From: Dehalococcoidia bacterium
GTDB taxonomy: Bacteria > Chloroflexota > Dehalococcoidia > Plut-88900
Assembly: GCA_965197585.1 (NCBI GenBank)
Contig: OZ240215.1
Location: 800,001 to 864,000 of the forward strand
DNA length: 64,000 nucleotides
Reading direction: 5' to 3'
Below are positions 36,550-46,888 of this stretch, piece by piece. The notes under the pieces are model-generated. The model was not told where the DNA came from. It saw nothing but the letters and a program-made list of their open reading frames with translations, and ran no database searches. The translations under genes were made by a program, and so were the position numbers. Positions within the stretch are counted from its first letter, which is position 1, and the number at the start of each line of letters is the position of its first letter.

Positions 36550-37488
36550 CTACGACAGGGGCACGATTTCGTCTATTGCCTTCAGGTCGTCAGGTGAGAG
36601 GTCCCAATTGCCGGCCTCTACGTTTTGGACTACCTGTTCCGGATTGGAAGCTCCAGCGATTACGCTGCAAACTGCCGGGTTGGCCAAAAGCCAGGCGAGC
36701 GCCAGCTCTCCTACTGCGTGACCTCGCTCCTGTGCAAAACCGGACAACTTGTCCACTTTTTCAAAATTCTCGTCGGTCAGGGAGCGTTGGTAGAACTCCC
36801 CGGAGGCCATGCGGGTGCCTTCCGGTATAGGTTCATTTCGACGGTACTTGCCGGTGAGCAGGCCCGACTCCAACGGGAAGAAGGGGATGATGCTCAGGCC
36901 GTTGTCGTCGGCGTAAGGAACGACTTCTTTTTCGACGCCTCTCTTCAGGAGGTTGTAGTAGCACTGCTCTGATGCCAGGCTGTTCAGGTTGAAGTACCTG
37001 GAAGTCCACAGTGCTTCCGAGAGTTGGAGCCCGGAGAAGTTTGATGAGCCGAAATAGCGGACTTTGCCCTGCTTCACGAGGTCGGCCAGGGCACGGATGG
37101 TCTGCTCTATAGAGGTTTCGGGGTCGGGCCAGTGGACCTGGTAGAGGTCAATGTGGTCGGTGTTGAGGCGTCGGAGGCTGTCTTCCACGGCATTGAAGAT
37201 GTGGTAGCGGGAAGCGCCTCTGCTATTAGGGTAGTCGTCCATGGCCATAACGAACTTGGTGGCAATGACGACATGGTCTCTATGACTCTTGAGCCATTTC
37301 CCGATTACCAGCTCTGAATTGCCGAGGTTGTAGAAGTCGGCGGTGTCGATGAAGTTGACGCCAAGGTCGAGAGCCTGGTCGAGGACTCGGAAGGAGCTAG
37401 GCTCATCGTTCCGGCCGCCGAAATTGTTGGCCCCTAGGCCGATCACGGACACTTTCACTCCCGTATTCCCCAAGATGCGGTACTTCAT
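36550..37488 (-). CDS. Aldo/keto reductase
   Basis: GLGANNFG, FIDTADFY, IATKF, IDLYQVHWPD. Confidence 0.95.
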   Translation of the reverse strand: MKYRILGNTGVKVSVIGLGANNFGGRNDEPSSFRVLDQALDLGVNFIDTADFYNLGNSELVIGKWLKSHRDHVVIATKFVMAMDDYPNSRGASRYHIFNAVEDSLRRLNTDHIDLYQVHWPDPETSIEQTIRALADLVKQGKVRYFGSSNFSGLQLSEALWTSRYFNLNSLASEQCYYNLLKRGVEKEVVPYADDNGLSIIPFFPLESGLLTGKYRRNEPIPEGTRMASGEFYQRSLTDENFEKVDKLSGFAQERGHAVGELALAWLLANPAVCSVIAGASNPEQVVQNVEAGNWDLSPDDLKAIDEIVPLS

Positions 37489-37584
37489 TTCTTCTCCCTG
37501 GTTGCAGCTCGATGTGATCGGACGATATCACAGAAGCCTCGATGGGTCGATAAAGGGGGTGGGGTGTGGGGTATTATGGGGAGA

Positions 37585-39093
37585 ATGGCCGCAGTGGACT
37601 CAACTCAGAAGACTACGCCCGTAGGCGCTTCCGGTCTCCGAAAATGGCCGGCATTCATCGCCATAGCCGTCGGGATATTCCTGACCGTCGCGGAGCAGAC
37701 GGCAGTCGCGATTGCCCTTCCCGAGATTGCTGATGAATTCAAGGTAAATATCCCCGCCGTCCAGTGGGTGACGCTGGGGTACGTGCTAAGCACCAGCGCG
37801 GCCTTCATGCCGGTAGGGAGACTTTCGGACATAGTGGGCCGGCCGAAGGTGTATACCATCGGTTTCGTGGGATTCATAGGGACGGCAGTGTTGGCGGGAC
37901 TTTCAACGGCATTTTGGGTCCTTGTTGTGGCGAAAGTGGCGCAGGGATTGGCCTCGGCGGGTATACAGGCCAACGCGATGGCTATAGTGACGGAGGCGTT
38001 TCCGAAAAGGGAGCGAGGCCGTGCCATCGGGTTGTACACGACTACGGTAGGCTCAGGGGCGGCGACAGGGCCATTTCTGGGTGGCCTGCTGGTCGGCGAG
38101 CTCGGGTGGCGGTGGTTGTTCTATGCAAGCGTACCCCTGGGAATTGTGGCGATCGGGGCGGCGGTGTGGGCACTGAGGGGGTGGCCATCGCATTCGGAGC
38201 CGGGGGAGGAGAGGGGACGGTTTGACTGGGTAGGGGCCGCAACATCGTCGAGTACATTAGTTATTCTTCTGCTGTCCCTTTCGAACTCGCACCGGTTTGG
38301 GTGGGGGTCGGGGCCTATCGTGGCAGGGTTGGCCGGAGCGGCGGGCCTGTTCTGTTTTTTCGTTTGGTGGGAGCTTCGAAACCCACACCCGATGATCGAT
38401 CTCAGGTATTTCGCCAGCCGTTATTTCTCCCTGGGAGTGGGGATACGGTTTCTGCTGTTCCTGGCCAGTGCCCCAAGGGTGATATTAATGCCCTTCTATC
38501 TGATCCAGGTATTGGGGTACGCGCCACACATGGCTGGTTTGATAACGGCATCGGCGTCGGTATCCATGGCCTTGTTTGGGGCGGTGAGCGGCATATTGTC
38601 GGAGCGGCTGGGCCCGAGATGGCTGATGTTGGCGGGGATAATGATCGCTGCGTCGGCGATGTTCACGTTCTCGACGCTGGACGTGGACTCATCACCTATT
38701 CATGCCGTGATAGCGTTGGCGTTGTCGGGGGCGGGGATGGGGACGTTCTATTCGCCCAACACGAGCGACATCCTCAATTCACGGTCGGGGCGTACGTATG
38801 GGATCACAGCCGCGTTGTTGAACCTGACAAGGACGACGGGAAACGTGACGGGTATCGCGGTATCAACGACGGTCATCGCAGTGTACATGGCAGCGGCTGG
38901 ATACGAGCCGAGCCTGTCGGCGGTGACGGGGTCAGGGGGAGAGGGAGTGAAAAGTGCGTTCGTATCGGGGCTGTCAACGGCGTTCCTGGTGTCAGGTTCG
39001 CTCCTGGGGCTCGCGTTCGTGCTGTCGATAGTGCAGGGTCGGGTGGGGAGAGGGGAGGTCGACACCGATGATAGAGCCCCGGCTACCGCATAG
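37585..39093 (+). CDS. MFS transporter (DHA2/EmrB-like, 14 TM)
   Basis: GRLSDIVGR, ERGRAIG, GPFLGGLL, FDWVGA motifs. Confidence 0.9.
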   Translation: MAAVDSTQKTTPVGASGLRKWPAFIAIAVGIFLTVAEQTAVAIALPEIADEFKVNIPAVQWVTLGYVLSTSAAFMPVGRLSDIVGRPKVYTIGFVGFIGTAVLAGLSTAFWVLVVAKVAQGLASAGIQANAMAIVTEAFPKRERGRAIGLYTTTVGSGAATGPFLGGLLVGELGWRWLFYASVPLGIVAIGAAVWALRGWPSHSEPGEERGRFDWVGAATSSSTLVILLLSLSNSHRFGWGSGPIVAGLAGAAGLFCFFVWWELRNPHPMIDLRYFASRYFSLGVGIRFLLFLASAPRVILMPFYLIQVLGYAPHMAGLITASASVSMALFGAVSGILSERLGPRWLMLAGIMIAASAMFTFSTLDVDSSPIHAVIALALSGAGMGTFYSPNTSDILNSRSGRTYGITAALLNLTRTTGNVTGIAVSTTVIAVYMAAAGYEPSLSAVTGSGGEGVKSAFVSGLSTAFLVSGSLLGLAFVLSIVQGRVGRGEVDTDDRAPATA

Positions 39094-39160
39094 CAAATCT
39101 GGCGTTCATTTTCCCTGCCATCTCACCTGTGCTCAACGGCTGTAAGTGACGGACGCATTG

Positions 39161-39196
39161 TTGACAAAATGTTCGCTTAACGCGAACATTTACAGT
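39161..39196 (+). promoter_or_regulatory. TA promoter region with palindromic operator
   Basis: TTGACA followed by AAATGTTCGC-ttaac-GCGAACATTT. Confidence 0.6.
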
Positions 39197-39208
39197 GTGA
39201 GCCACTGA

Positions 39209-39466
39209 ATGATAATCGAATGGAGTGCGAAAGCGATCAGAGATATGCGCCGTCTGGCCTCGCAGGACCGCGAACGCGTCATAGCCAAGGTCGAGCAATA
39301 CGCGGATGATCCGGAGTCATTAGCTAATCAGGTCATCATCCTTTCAGTGGGTAAGTACAGAAGGATGAGAGTTGGAAGTCAGCGCATAATCTTCGATGTC
39401 AAACGCGAAGAGGCTGAGACAATGCTAGTGCTAAGAGTCAGGCATAAGAGGGAAGCATATGACTAA
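39209..39466 (+). CDS. RelE/ParE-family toxin
   Basis: IEWSAKAIRDMRRL, YRRMRVGSQRIIF, VLRVRHKREAY. Confidence 0.9.
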   Translation: MIIEWSAKAIRDMRRLASQDRERVIAKVEQYADDPESLANQVIILSVGKYRRMRVGSQRIIFDVKREEAETMLVLRVRHKREAYD

Positions 39467-39794
39467 CAAAGAAACCGTCACCCTGTCCCGAGCTGACTAC
39501 GATGCGTTAATGAATCGAAACAACGACCTAGAAGACAGGTTGGCTGCAGTCGAGGCAGACGATGGCAGTCGAATTCCTCATAAAGTTGCCGTAGCCATTA
39601 TTCGCGGCGAAAGTCCAATGTCCGCGTTCCGGGCCCACCTTGGAGTCACACTTCGCGATCTTGCCCAAAAGACGGGTATATCGGCGAGCCACCTTTCGGA
39701 GATCGAGAGGGGGCGCAAAGCGGGCTCCGTTACTACACTGGCCCGCATTGCAGGGGCATTCGACACGACTATCGACTCCCTTGTCATCGAATAG
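39459..39794 (+). CDS. XRE-HTH antitoxin (HigA-like)
   Basis: Overlaps toxin; TLRDLAQKTGISASHLSEIERG HTH. Confidence 0.9.
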   Translation: MTNKETVTLSRADYDALMNRNNDLEDRLAAVEADDGSRIPHKVAVAIIRGESPMSAFRAHLGVTLRDLAQKTGISASHLSEIERGRKAGSVTTLARIAGAFDTTIDSLVIE

Positions 39795-39824
39795 AAGTCA
39801 GTCTGTGCCTTAGTGGGCTTCGAC

Positions 39825-41039
39825 TCAACCCCCGGTAATGGCGCCCGAGTCCTGGAGGCCGGTGATGTCGTCCCAGGAGTAGCCGAGCTCCAGGAGTACC
39901 TCTTCGGTGTGCTGGCCTAGCTCCGGGGCGGCGCTCTTGGGCCCGATGTCGGTGTCTTCCAGGTGCACGGGCGTATTCAGGATCTTGTAGGGCCCGTGTT
40001 CCGGGTGTTCGATGGTGCGGAGCATGTCGTTTAGCTCGACCTGGGGGTCGCTCAGGGCGTCGAGCATCTCGCGGACGGGAGCGTAGATCACGTCATAGTC
40101 GTCGAGAATGGGCCCCCATTCTGCCAAGGACTTTTCTCCGAAAATACCGTCGAGGATGGCTACGGCCTCCGGAGACCTGTTTTTCCTGTCTTCGAGGGTA
40201 ATGAACCGGGGGTCGGCGATAAGTTCCGGGCGCCCGATGGCATTGCATAGCTTGGCCCAGTTGGCATCGTTGTCGGGCATGACCAGGAGGAACCATTTGC
40301 CGTCGGAAGCGCTGTAGGTGTTTATGAGGGGGTCAACGGCATCAACTCGAGACCGGCGGTGAAGGGGTCGGTTCGAGGCCAAGGCTTCCTGTACGTCGGC
40401 GCCTATAACCCATAGTCCCATGTTCATGAGCGAAGTAGTGACCAGCCGACCTTTGCCCGTGCGCTGACGCTCCAGGATTGCGGCCAATACGCCTGCCAGG
40501 AGGGTCGGGGCGGTGGTGTGGTCGCCCATCCCATTGAGAATATCAATAGGCTCGGGCGCCAACTCACTGTACAGGGACATGAGGCCGGAACTGGCCCAAA
40601 AGGCGGTGTGGTCGAAGCCGAGCTTGTCCTTCTTGGGTCCCACGGGCCCGTAGCCGCTCAATGCAAGGTATATGAGTCGGGGATTGTCGGCGCTGAGTTG
40701 TTCGTAGGTGAGCCCAAATTTCTCCATCCGCCTGGGAAGAAGATTGGTGACGAAAACGTCGGCCTCGTTTGCTAACCGTTGGACAATTTTGGACGCCTCC
40801 GGTTTATTGAGGTCAACGGATATTCCACGTTTTCCCCTGTTGTCCATCTCGAAGGCATAGTTTATGGGGAACTCGACGCCATAGGTGCCGTCGGAGGACA
40901 ACCATCTGTATGGATCACCTGCAAGGGGCTCGACCTTGATGACCTCAGCGCCCATGTCGGCCATCAAGGCGGCGCAGCAGGGGACTGCAAGGAAATTGGC
41001 GACTTCTACAACCTTTGTTCCCGTAAGCGGGCCTGCCAT
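39825..41039 (-). CDS. CaiB/BaiF family III CoA-transferase
   Basis: ADMGAEVIKVEP, NRGKRGISVDL, APELGQHTEEVL. Confidence 0.95.
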   Translation of the reverse strand: MAGPLTGTKVVEVANFLAVPCCAALMADMGAEVIKVEPLAGDPYRWLSSDGTYGVEFPINYAFEMDNRGKRGISVDLNKPEASKIVQRLANEADVFVTNLLPRRMEKFGLTYEQLSADNPRLIYLALSGYGPVGPKKDKLGFDHTAFWASSGLMSLYSELAPEPIDILNGMGDHTTAPTLLAGVLAAILERQRTGKGRLVTTSLMNMGLWVIGADVQEALASNRPLHRRSRVDAVDPLINTYSASDGKWFLLVMPDNDANWAKLCNAIGRPELIADPRFITLEDRKNRSPEAVAILDGIFGEKSLAEWGPILDDYDVIYAPVREMLDALSDPQVELNDMLRTIEHPEHGPYKILNTPVHLEDTDIGPKSAAPELGQHTEEVLLELGYSWDDITGLQDSGAITGG

Positions 41040-41244
41040 TGTTTCTCCTCGATTGCTCTACGGAGCTAGCTCCCAGGATATTTGGCCATTCCGATGAATG
41101 GTGGATTTTCAAACTTAACCGACTCCAGCGCAAGTGGGGGATGCGGCTGGATTCTAGGACATCAGTCCGGCAAGTGATATAATTCACCAAAGAGAAAGTA
41201 CACTATTGCCAGAGAAACTGGCAAGGCAAAAGGCGCAATTACCC

Positions 41245-41967
41245 ATGCAAAATGCTGATGGAAATTCCGCTACTGAAGCAATCATAGACGCCGCTGGTGT
41301 AGTCAAGGTCTATGACACCGGACGCGTAAAAGTTAATGCATTGCACGGCGTGGACCTGAAGGTGGTGCGGGGAGAGATGGTGGCGATAATGGGCCCGAGC
41401 GGGTGTGGCAAAACTACACTCCTCAACTGCCTCTCGGGGTTGGACGCGATCAACGACGGTGTTATCAAGATAGCTGGTAACGACCTCGCGCGGATGTCGG
41501 ACAACGAAAAGACCCGCTATCGGGCGACCAAGATGGGCTATGTATTCCAGTCCTACAACCTTCTGCCCGTGCTAACCGCCCTGGAGAACGTGGAGATGCC
41601 GTTGCTGGTGTCAGGCGTGAAGTCCAGGGAGGCCCGAGACAAGGCCAGGGAGGCCCTGAAGCTGGTCAACCTGGAAGCCTGGGAAAGTCACTACCCCTCG
41701 GAGTTGTCGGGTGGGCAGCAGCAGCGGGTGACCATAGCCCGGGCGCTGGTGAATAGCCCTGAGATAGTATGGGCAGACGAGCCTACGGGCAACCTGGACT
41801 CGGAGAACTCCGAGGAAATCATGGACCTTCTGACCTCGCTTAACAGAGAAAACAACCAGACTTTTATTCTTGTCACCCACTCGCAGGCGGTAGCTGCATT
41901 GGCGCACCGGACCATCCGCATGAGGGACGGGCGAATCGAGGACGACGGCAACGGGGCTTCCGCATAG
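41245..41967 (+). CDS. ABC transporter ATP-binding protein (LolD/MacB-like)
   Basis: GPSGCGKT, LSGGQQQR, DEPTGNLD. Confidence 0.95.
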   Translation: MQNADGNSATEAIIDAAGVVKVYDTGRVKVNALHGVDLKVVRGEMVAIMGPSGCGKTTLLNCLSGLDAINDGVIKIAGNDLARMSDNEKTRYRATKMGYVFQSYNLLPVLTALENVEMPLLVSGVKSREARDKAREALKLVNLEAWESHYPSELSGGQQQRVTIARALVNSPEIVWADEPTGNLDSENSEEIMDLLTSLNRENNQTFILVTHSQAVAALAHRTIRMRDGRIEDDGNGASA

Positions 41968-41986
41968 CTCCTATACCAACTAACTG

Positions 41987-44900
41987 ATGGACGAACTGTT
42001 TGGAGTCCCAATAGAGCGCTACGCCTTAGTGCTCGGCATAGTCTTCATAGTGTTCGCGGCGGTACTGCTGTTCATCCTTTTCCGTAATCCCATTCTGGTG
42101 AAGATGGCATTTCGGCAGGTGTTCAGACGCCCTGCCAGGGGCATTCTGGTGGTCGTGGGGCTGATGCTGGCTACGGCGATCATAATGAGTGCCTTTACCA
42201 CGGGGGATTCGATGACGTACAGCGTCAAGAGCAGCGTCATCCAGAACCTTCGAACTATGGATGAGCTGATACGGGTGGATGAGGACTCAGACCTGTGGCA
42301 GAGCCAGGCGGTGCCGGACGACTTCTCTGATGAGATTTTCACGGCCATAGCATCGGAGCTGGACCCTGACCAGGATGTGGACGGGCTACTGCCCGTAGTG
42401 GCTGAAACTGTGGCAGTTGTGAACCTTGAGTCGCAGCAGTTTGAGGCAAACGCCCTGATCACCGGCCTGGACCCGGCACGAGCCTCGACTTTCGACGAGG
42501 TGCTTGATATCGACGGTACACCTGTGGACATAGGCAGCCTGGGTGATGATGAGCTTTACCTGGACAGTGAGGGGGCGGAGGAGCTGGACGCGGAGGCCGG
42601 AGATGTTTTGCAGCTGTTCCTCGGGCCTCAGAGTTTCAGGGAGATGACCATTAAGGCGGTCATGGACGGGTGGTTCTTCAACAGCGGCCAATACCAGGTG
42701 GTGATGGCGGTGTCTCTTGAGCGCGCACAGGAGCTGCTGGACAAAGAAGGGCGGTTGTCCTACATCCTGGTCTCCAACACGGGGGACGATGAAGAGGGCG
42801 TGGAGTTGACGGAGTCAGTGGTGGGGAGACACGGTGATTTACCGCCCTTGGTGGACAACGGGCTTGAAATGCACGACGTGAAGCAGGAGGGCATAGATTT
42901 TGCCAATGAGTGGGGCAATCTGTTCCTGAGTTTCTTCACCGTATTTGGACTCTTTTCCATAGGCGTGGGGTTGCTGCTGATATTCCTGATCTTTTCGATG
43001 CTGGCCGCGGAGCGGAAGGCGGAATTGGGAATGTCCCGGGCCATAGGGATGAAGCGCGGGCATCTGATCAGGATGTTCATTGCGGAGGGGGCGATCTACG
43101 GGTTGGGGTCATCGGTGGTCGGGGTTTTAGTGGGTATCGTTCTGGGATACATTTTGGTGAAAGCCACGGCGGGCGCGATCGGCCAGGACGTTACATCCGA
43201 ATTCAGCCTCAGCACCCACGTTCAGCTGGTCAGTGTTTTGGTTGCGTTCTTCCTGGGTACAGTGGTGACACTGATCACTGTGGCGTTCGCGTCCTGGCGG
43301 ATAAGTCGGATCAACATAGTGAGAGCGATAAGGGATATACCGGAGCCTCGACATTCGCGGGCCACAAAGAAAGCCCTCGTAGGGGGGATCGTACTGATCC
43401 TCATCGGCCTATTGATAATGGTGTCAGGTTACAACACCGCAAACGCGGTATGGTTCTGGCTGGGTCCCTCCCTGGCCGTCTTGGGTGCAGCGATAGTCCT
43501 GCGATACTTTGGAGTGGCCCGCCGGTGGGCGTTGTCCGGAGCGGGCATTCTGCTCGTCATATGGTGGCTGCTCCCGCCATCGGCAGGGAGGGCTATCAGA
43601 GACGACTGGAGCAGCGATTTCACGGTGTTTTTCGTGACGGGTACGATGCTGGTGCTGGGAGCAGTGCTGGTTACGGTCAACAACACAGATTTCGTGCTTG
43701 GGCTAGTTTCTCGGACGGTAGGCCGGATAAAGGGATTCGCCCCGATCATCAAGTCGTCAATTGCTTACCCGCTCAGGTTCGGGTTCCGGACGGGGATATC
43801 AGTAGCGATGTTCGCGGTCGTGATCTATTCGGTTACGGTGATGAGTGTGGTGATCGAAGGGTTCAACGAACTCCTGGGAGATGAGGACAGACTGGGCGGC
43901 GGCTATCAAGTCATGGCCTTTTCGCTGAACGAGACCAATCCCGTCACCGACCTAACCGCGGCGATCGAGGCCAACCCGGACTTGGACTTCGTGAGTCGGG
44001 TGGATGGGAAGCCTTCGGTGGGGATACTGAGAAATATCTGGGAGGCAGAAGCCAGGCTGACGGACGGGACGGAGGACGGTTTTTCGGACACTATTCTTAC
44101 AGGGGTCGACGACGATTTCGCCGATTCGAACCTGTACCAGATCATGTTGTCAGCGCCTGAATACCTGGAGGATGGAGATGTAGACACCCGGAAGCTGTGG
44201 AGAGACGTCAAAGAGAAACCTGGGCTGGCGGTTGTCAATTCCTTCCTGGTGCCATCCAGAAGCGACTTCCAGTTCGACGTGGATGCGGAAAGGTTTACGC
44301 TGGCTGGAGTGGAGGGCCTGTTCCAGGAAAACGACTACATTGACCCCGTGCAGATAGAGGTCCGGGACCTGAGGAGCAATACCACGGTTGAGCTTACGGT
44401 TGTAGGTGTTTTCGACGACTTTGCGTCCCAGGGGCTGCTTCCGGTAGCGGTATACACATCGACGAGACTACTGGATGCCCAGTTGCCCAGGGACGTTGAT
44501 CCCAACCAGTTCTTCTTCAACGTGGAACCTGGAACGGAGGATGCTGCGCAGAAGATTGAGGCGGAGTTCTTCACCAACGGGATGGAGACCCTGGACATTA
44601 AAGAGGTGATCGATGGGCTTCAGGGTTCCAACCGCGCCTTTACAAACTTGTTGCTTGCTTTCATGTCCCTGGGTCTGGTAGTAGGAATTGCGGCGCTGGG
44701 TGTTGTCAGTGCGAGGGCAGTGGTAGAACGTCGGCACCAGATAGGAGTGCTGCGGGCTATTGGTTATTCGAGGGGGATGGTGCAGCTGTCATTCCTCCTG
44801 GAGTCATCGTTTATCGCATTGCTGGGGATCGGGCTTGGCCTGGTACTGGGGCTGCTGACTTCGATAAACGTGATCAGCTCTATCCGGTACGAGGAATCTG

Positions 44901-45037
44901 ACATCAGGCTGGTAGTGCCGTGGGCACAGGTGCTGCTGATAGTGGTAGTTGCCTACGTACTGTCCCTGCTCACGACGTTCCTTCCAGCGAGAAGTGCGGG
45001 CCGGATCGCGCCTGCGGAAGCCCTGCGATACGAATAG
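41987..45037 (+). CDS. ABC transporter permease, double FtsX-like
   Basis: Two ER..E/QIG..RAIG repeats, C-terminal PAEALRYE. Confidence 0.9.
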   Translation: MDELFGVPIERYALVLGIVFIVFAAVLLFILFRNPILVKMAFRQVFRRPARGILVVVGLMLATAIIMSAFTTGDSMTYSVKSSVIQNLRTMDELIRVDEDSDLWQSQAVPDDFSDEIFTAIASELDPDQDVDGLLPVVAETVAVVNLESQQFEANALITGLDPARASTFDEVLDIDGTPVDIGSLGDDELYLDSEGAEELDAEAGDVLQLFLGPQSFREMTIKAVMDGWFFNSGQYQVVMAVSLERAQELLDKEGRLSYILVSNTGDDEEGVELTESVVGRHGDLPPLVDNGLEMHDVKQEGIDFANEWGNLFLSFFTVFGLFSIGVGLLLIFLIFSMLAAERKAELGMSRAIGMKRGHLIRMFIAEGAIYGLGSSVVGVLVGIVLGYILVKATAGAIGQDVTSEFSLSTHVQLVSVLVAFFLGTVVTLITVAFASWRISRINIVRAIRDIPEPRHSRATKKALVGGIVLILIGLLIMVSGYNTANAVWFWLGPSLAVLGAAIVLRYFGVARRWALSGAGILLVIWWLLPPSAGRAIRDDWSSDFTVFFVTGTMLVLGAVLVTVNNTDFVLGLVSRTVGRIKGFAPIIKSSIAYPLRFGFRTGISVAMFAVVIYSVTVMSVVIEGFNELLGDEDRLGGGYQVMAFSLNETNPVTDLTAAIEANPDLDFVSRVDGKPSVGILRNIWEAEARLTDGTEDGFSDTILTGVDDDFADSNLYQIMLSAPEYLEDGDVDTRKLWRDVKEKPGLAVVNSFLVPSRSDFQFDVDAERFTLAGVEGLFQENDYIDPVQIEVRDLRSNTTVELTVVGVFDDFASQGLLPVAVYTSTRLLDAQLPRDVDPNQFFFNVEPGTEDAAQKIEAEFFTNGMETLDIKEVIDGLQGSNRAFTNLLLAFMSLGLVVGIAALGVVSARAVVERRHQIGVLRAIGYSRGMVQLSFLLESSFIALLGIGLGLVLGLLTSINVISSIRYEESDIRLVVPWAQVLLIVVVAYVLSLLTTFLPARSAGRIAPAEALRYE

Positions 45038-45106
45038 TTTGGGGAACACTCCCAGACCGTCGCAATGGCGGCCTCGCCCCTCTTGATTCCCTAAGGGAAC
45101 AGCCTA

Positions 45107-46888
45107 CTAGACGCGCCCTAACTCCACACCCAGATCATAGGTCCAGTCTATGGGCCCCCGCTCTAAGCGGACCTCTTCTCTGAGAGACTCGGTTGCGGAG
45201 ATGTCTACGGACTTGGCCGAGGGGTTAATGACTACGCCGTAGTCGGCGCGGGCGGACTCTAGAGAAATGCGGCTGTCCAGATAGTCTCGGAGGACTTTCT
45301 CGGGGGGACGGTTCAAGGGGTCTCCGAATCCTGCGCCGCCGGCGGTGAAGGCGTGAAGCTGGTCTCCCGCGCTGAGTCTTAGGATTGCCTTGGGGGGCAC
45401 GATCTCCACCCGGCCGTCCTTGCGAATGATCATGGCGTTGGTCTTACTGCCGGGAAGGCCGCCGAACAGGCCCCAGGGCGGCAGGGTGTGCCGCTCTCCC
45501 CTGTAGGTGATAGTGGCCTCACCGCGTGCGACCTCAAAGACTTTTTCAAGGCCCAGGCCGCCCCGGAACTCGCCTGCGCCGCCGGAATCATTCCATAGGT
45601 TGGACTTGAGAATGCGGAGAGGGTGGTCCATTTCAAGGGCCTCGGCGGGAACGTTCATGCAGTTGGAGACATCAGTCTCGATTGCGTCTATGCCGTCGGC
45701 GTTGGGCCGGGCGCCCATTCCCCCAGCCCCGAGCTCGCTGGCGACATAGGGCTTGTTATTTGCCGGATCGATGCCGCCGAGGGCCAGGACGAGGAGCTGA
45801 CCGGAGGATGCGGCGGGCAGCCTGTCGGGGACGGCCTGCACCATAGCGCCGTTCAGCACGTCGGTGATGCGCTTGACGGTAGCGGTACGAGAGTTGACGG
45901 GCGCAGGGTGGTCGGGGTTGACGATGCTGGCCTTGGGAAGGACTACGTTGATAGGTCGGAAGCAGCCGGAGTTGCTCATGATGTCTGAGCCGGTGACTGC
46001 GCGGACGATGTAAAAGACGGTGGACATAGTGGAGGCGGTAGGGGAGTTGAAAGGCCCTTTCACCTGGGGGCTGGAGCCGGTGAAGTCGACGGTGATGTTC
46101 GAGCCCCGGATGGTAATTGTGGCTTTGATCAGCCGTCGAATATCCATCTCGATGCCATCGTTGTCGAGGTAATCCTCGAAGGAGTAGGTGCCGTCGGGGA
46201 TCTGTTCCAGGACTTTGCGGGTGGCCTTTTCGGAGTTGTCGAGTAAGGCGGCCATGGCCTCGACCAGGGTTTCTTCAGAATACTCGGTGAGGAGGGAGGC
46301 AATCTGGGTCTTGGCGACGTGGCAAGCTGCAAGCTGAGCCCGCATGTCTCCAATGACCATGTCGGGGATACGGATGTTGTTGCGGAGAATCTCGTGGAGG
46401 GTGTGGTTGGGTACACCGGCCTCGTAGAGCTTGAGGGGAGGTATTATCAGGCCTTCCTGGAATATCTCCGTGGCGTCGGGGGGGATGCTGCCGGGCGTCT
46501 TACCACCGAGGTCCTGGTGATGGGCGATGGTGCAGCCGAAGACGATTGGCTTTCCGTTGTGGAAGACTGGGGTGATGATAGTGACGTCGGGGAGGTGGGT
46601 ACCGCCTCGATAGGGGTTATTGAGGATGTAGGCGTCGCCCTCCTGCATGGTGCCGGGGGGATAGGTGGCGGTGATGGACTTGACGGCGGGTATAAGGCTC
46701 CCAAGGTGAATCGGGATAGAGTTGCCCTGGGCGATGGTGTCGCCGTTGATGTCGAATATAGCGGTGGAGGCGTCGAGGCCCTCTTTGATTACGCTGGAGT
46801 AAGAGCTTTTGAGGAGTGTCATCTCCATCTCGTCCGCGATGGACTGGAGACGATGACGGATGACTTCGAGAGTGATTGGGTCGATCAT
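45107..46888 (-). CDS. Hydantoinase B/oxoprolinase family protein
   Basis: DPITLEVIRHRL, NNPYRGGTHLPD, HHQDLGG, DSGGAGEFRGG; ATGA overlap with upstream LLM. Confidence 0.92.
   Translation of the reverse strand: MIDPITLEVIRHRLQSIADEMEMTLLKSSYSSVIKEGLDASTAIFDINGDTIAQGNSIPIHLGSLIPAVKSITATYPPGTMQEGDAYILNNPYRGGTHLPDVTIITPVFHNGKPIVFGCTIAHHQDLGGKTPGSIPPDATEIFQEGLIIPPLKLYEAGVPNHTLHEILRNNIRIPDMVIGDMRAQLAACHVAKTQIASLLTEYSEETLVEAMAALLDNSEKATRKVLEQIPDGTYSFEDYLDNDGIEMDIRRLIKATITIRGSNITVDFTGSSPQVKGPFNSPTASTMSTVFYIVRAVTGSDIMSNSGCFRPINVVLPKASIVNPDHPAPVNSRTATVKRITDVLNGAMVQAVPDRLPAASSGQLLVLALGGIDPANNKPYVASELGAGGMGARPNADGIDAIETDVSNCMNVPAEALEMDHPLRILKSNLWNDSGGAGEFRGGLGLEKVFEVARGEATITYRGERHTLPPWGLFGGLPGSKTNAMIIRKDGRVEIVPPKAILRLSAGDQLHAFTAGGAGFGDPLNRPPEKVLRDYLDSRISLESARADYGVVINPSAKSVDISATESLREEVRLERGPIDWTYDLGVELGRV

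Noticed and set aside
39167-39191. LexA box at the TA promoter
   Set aside because: Half-sites are in the reverse order (GTTC-N9-GAAC); better explained as the antitoxin operator
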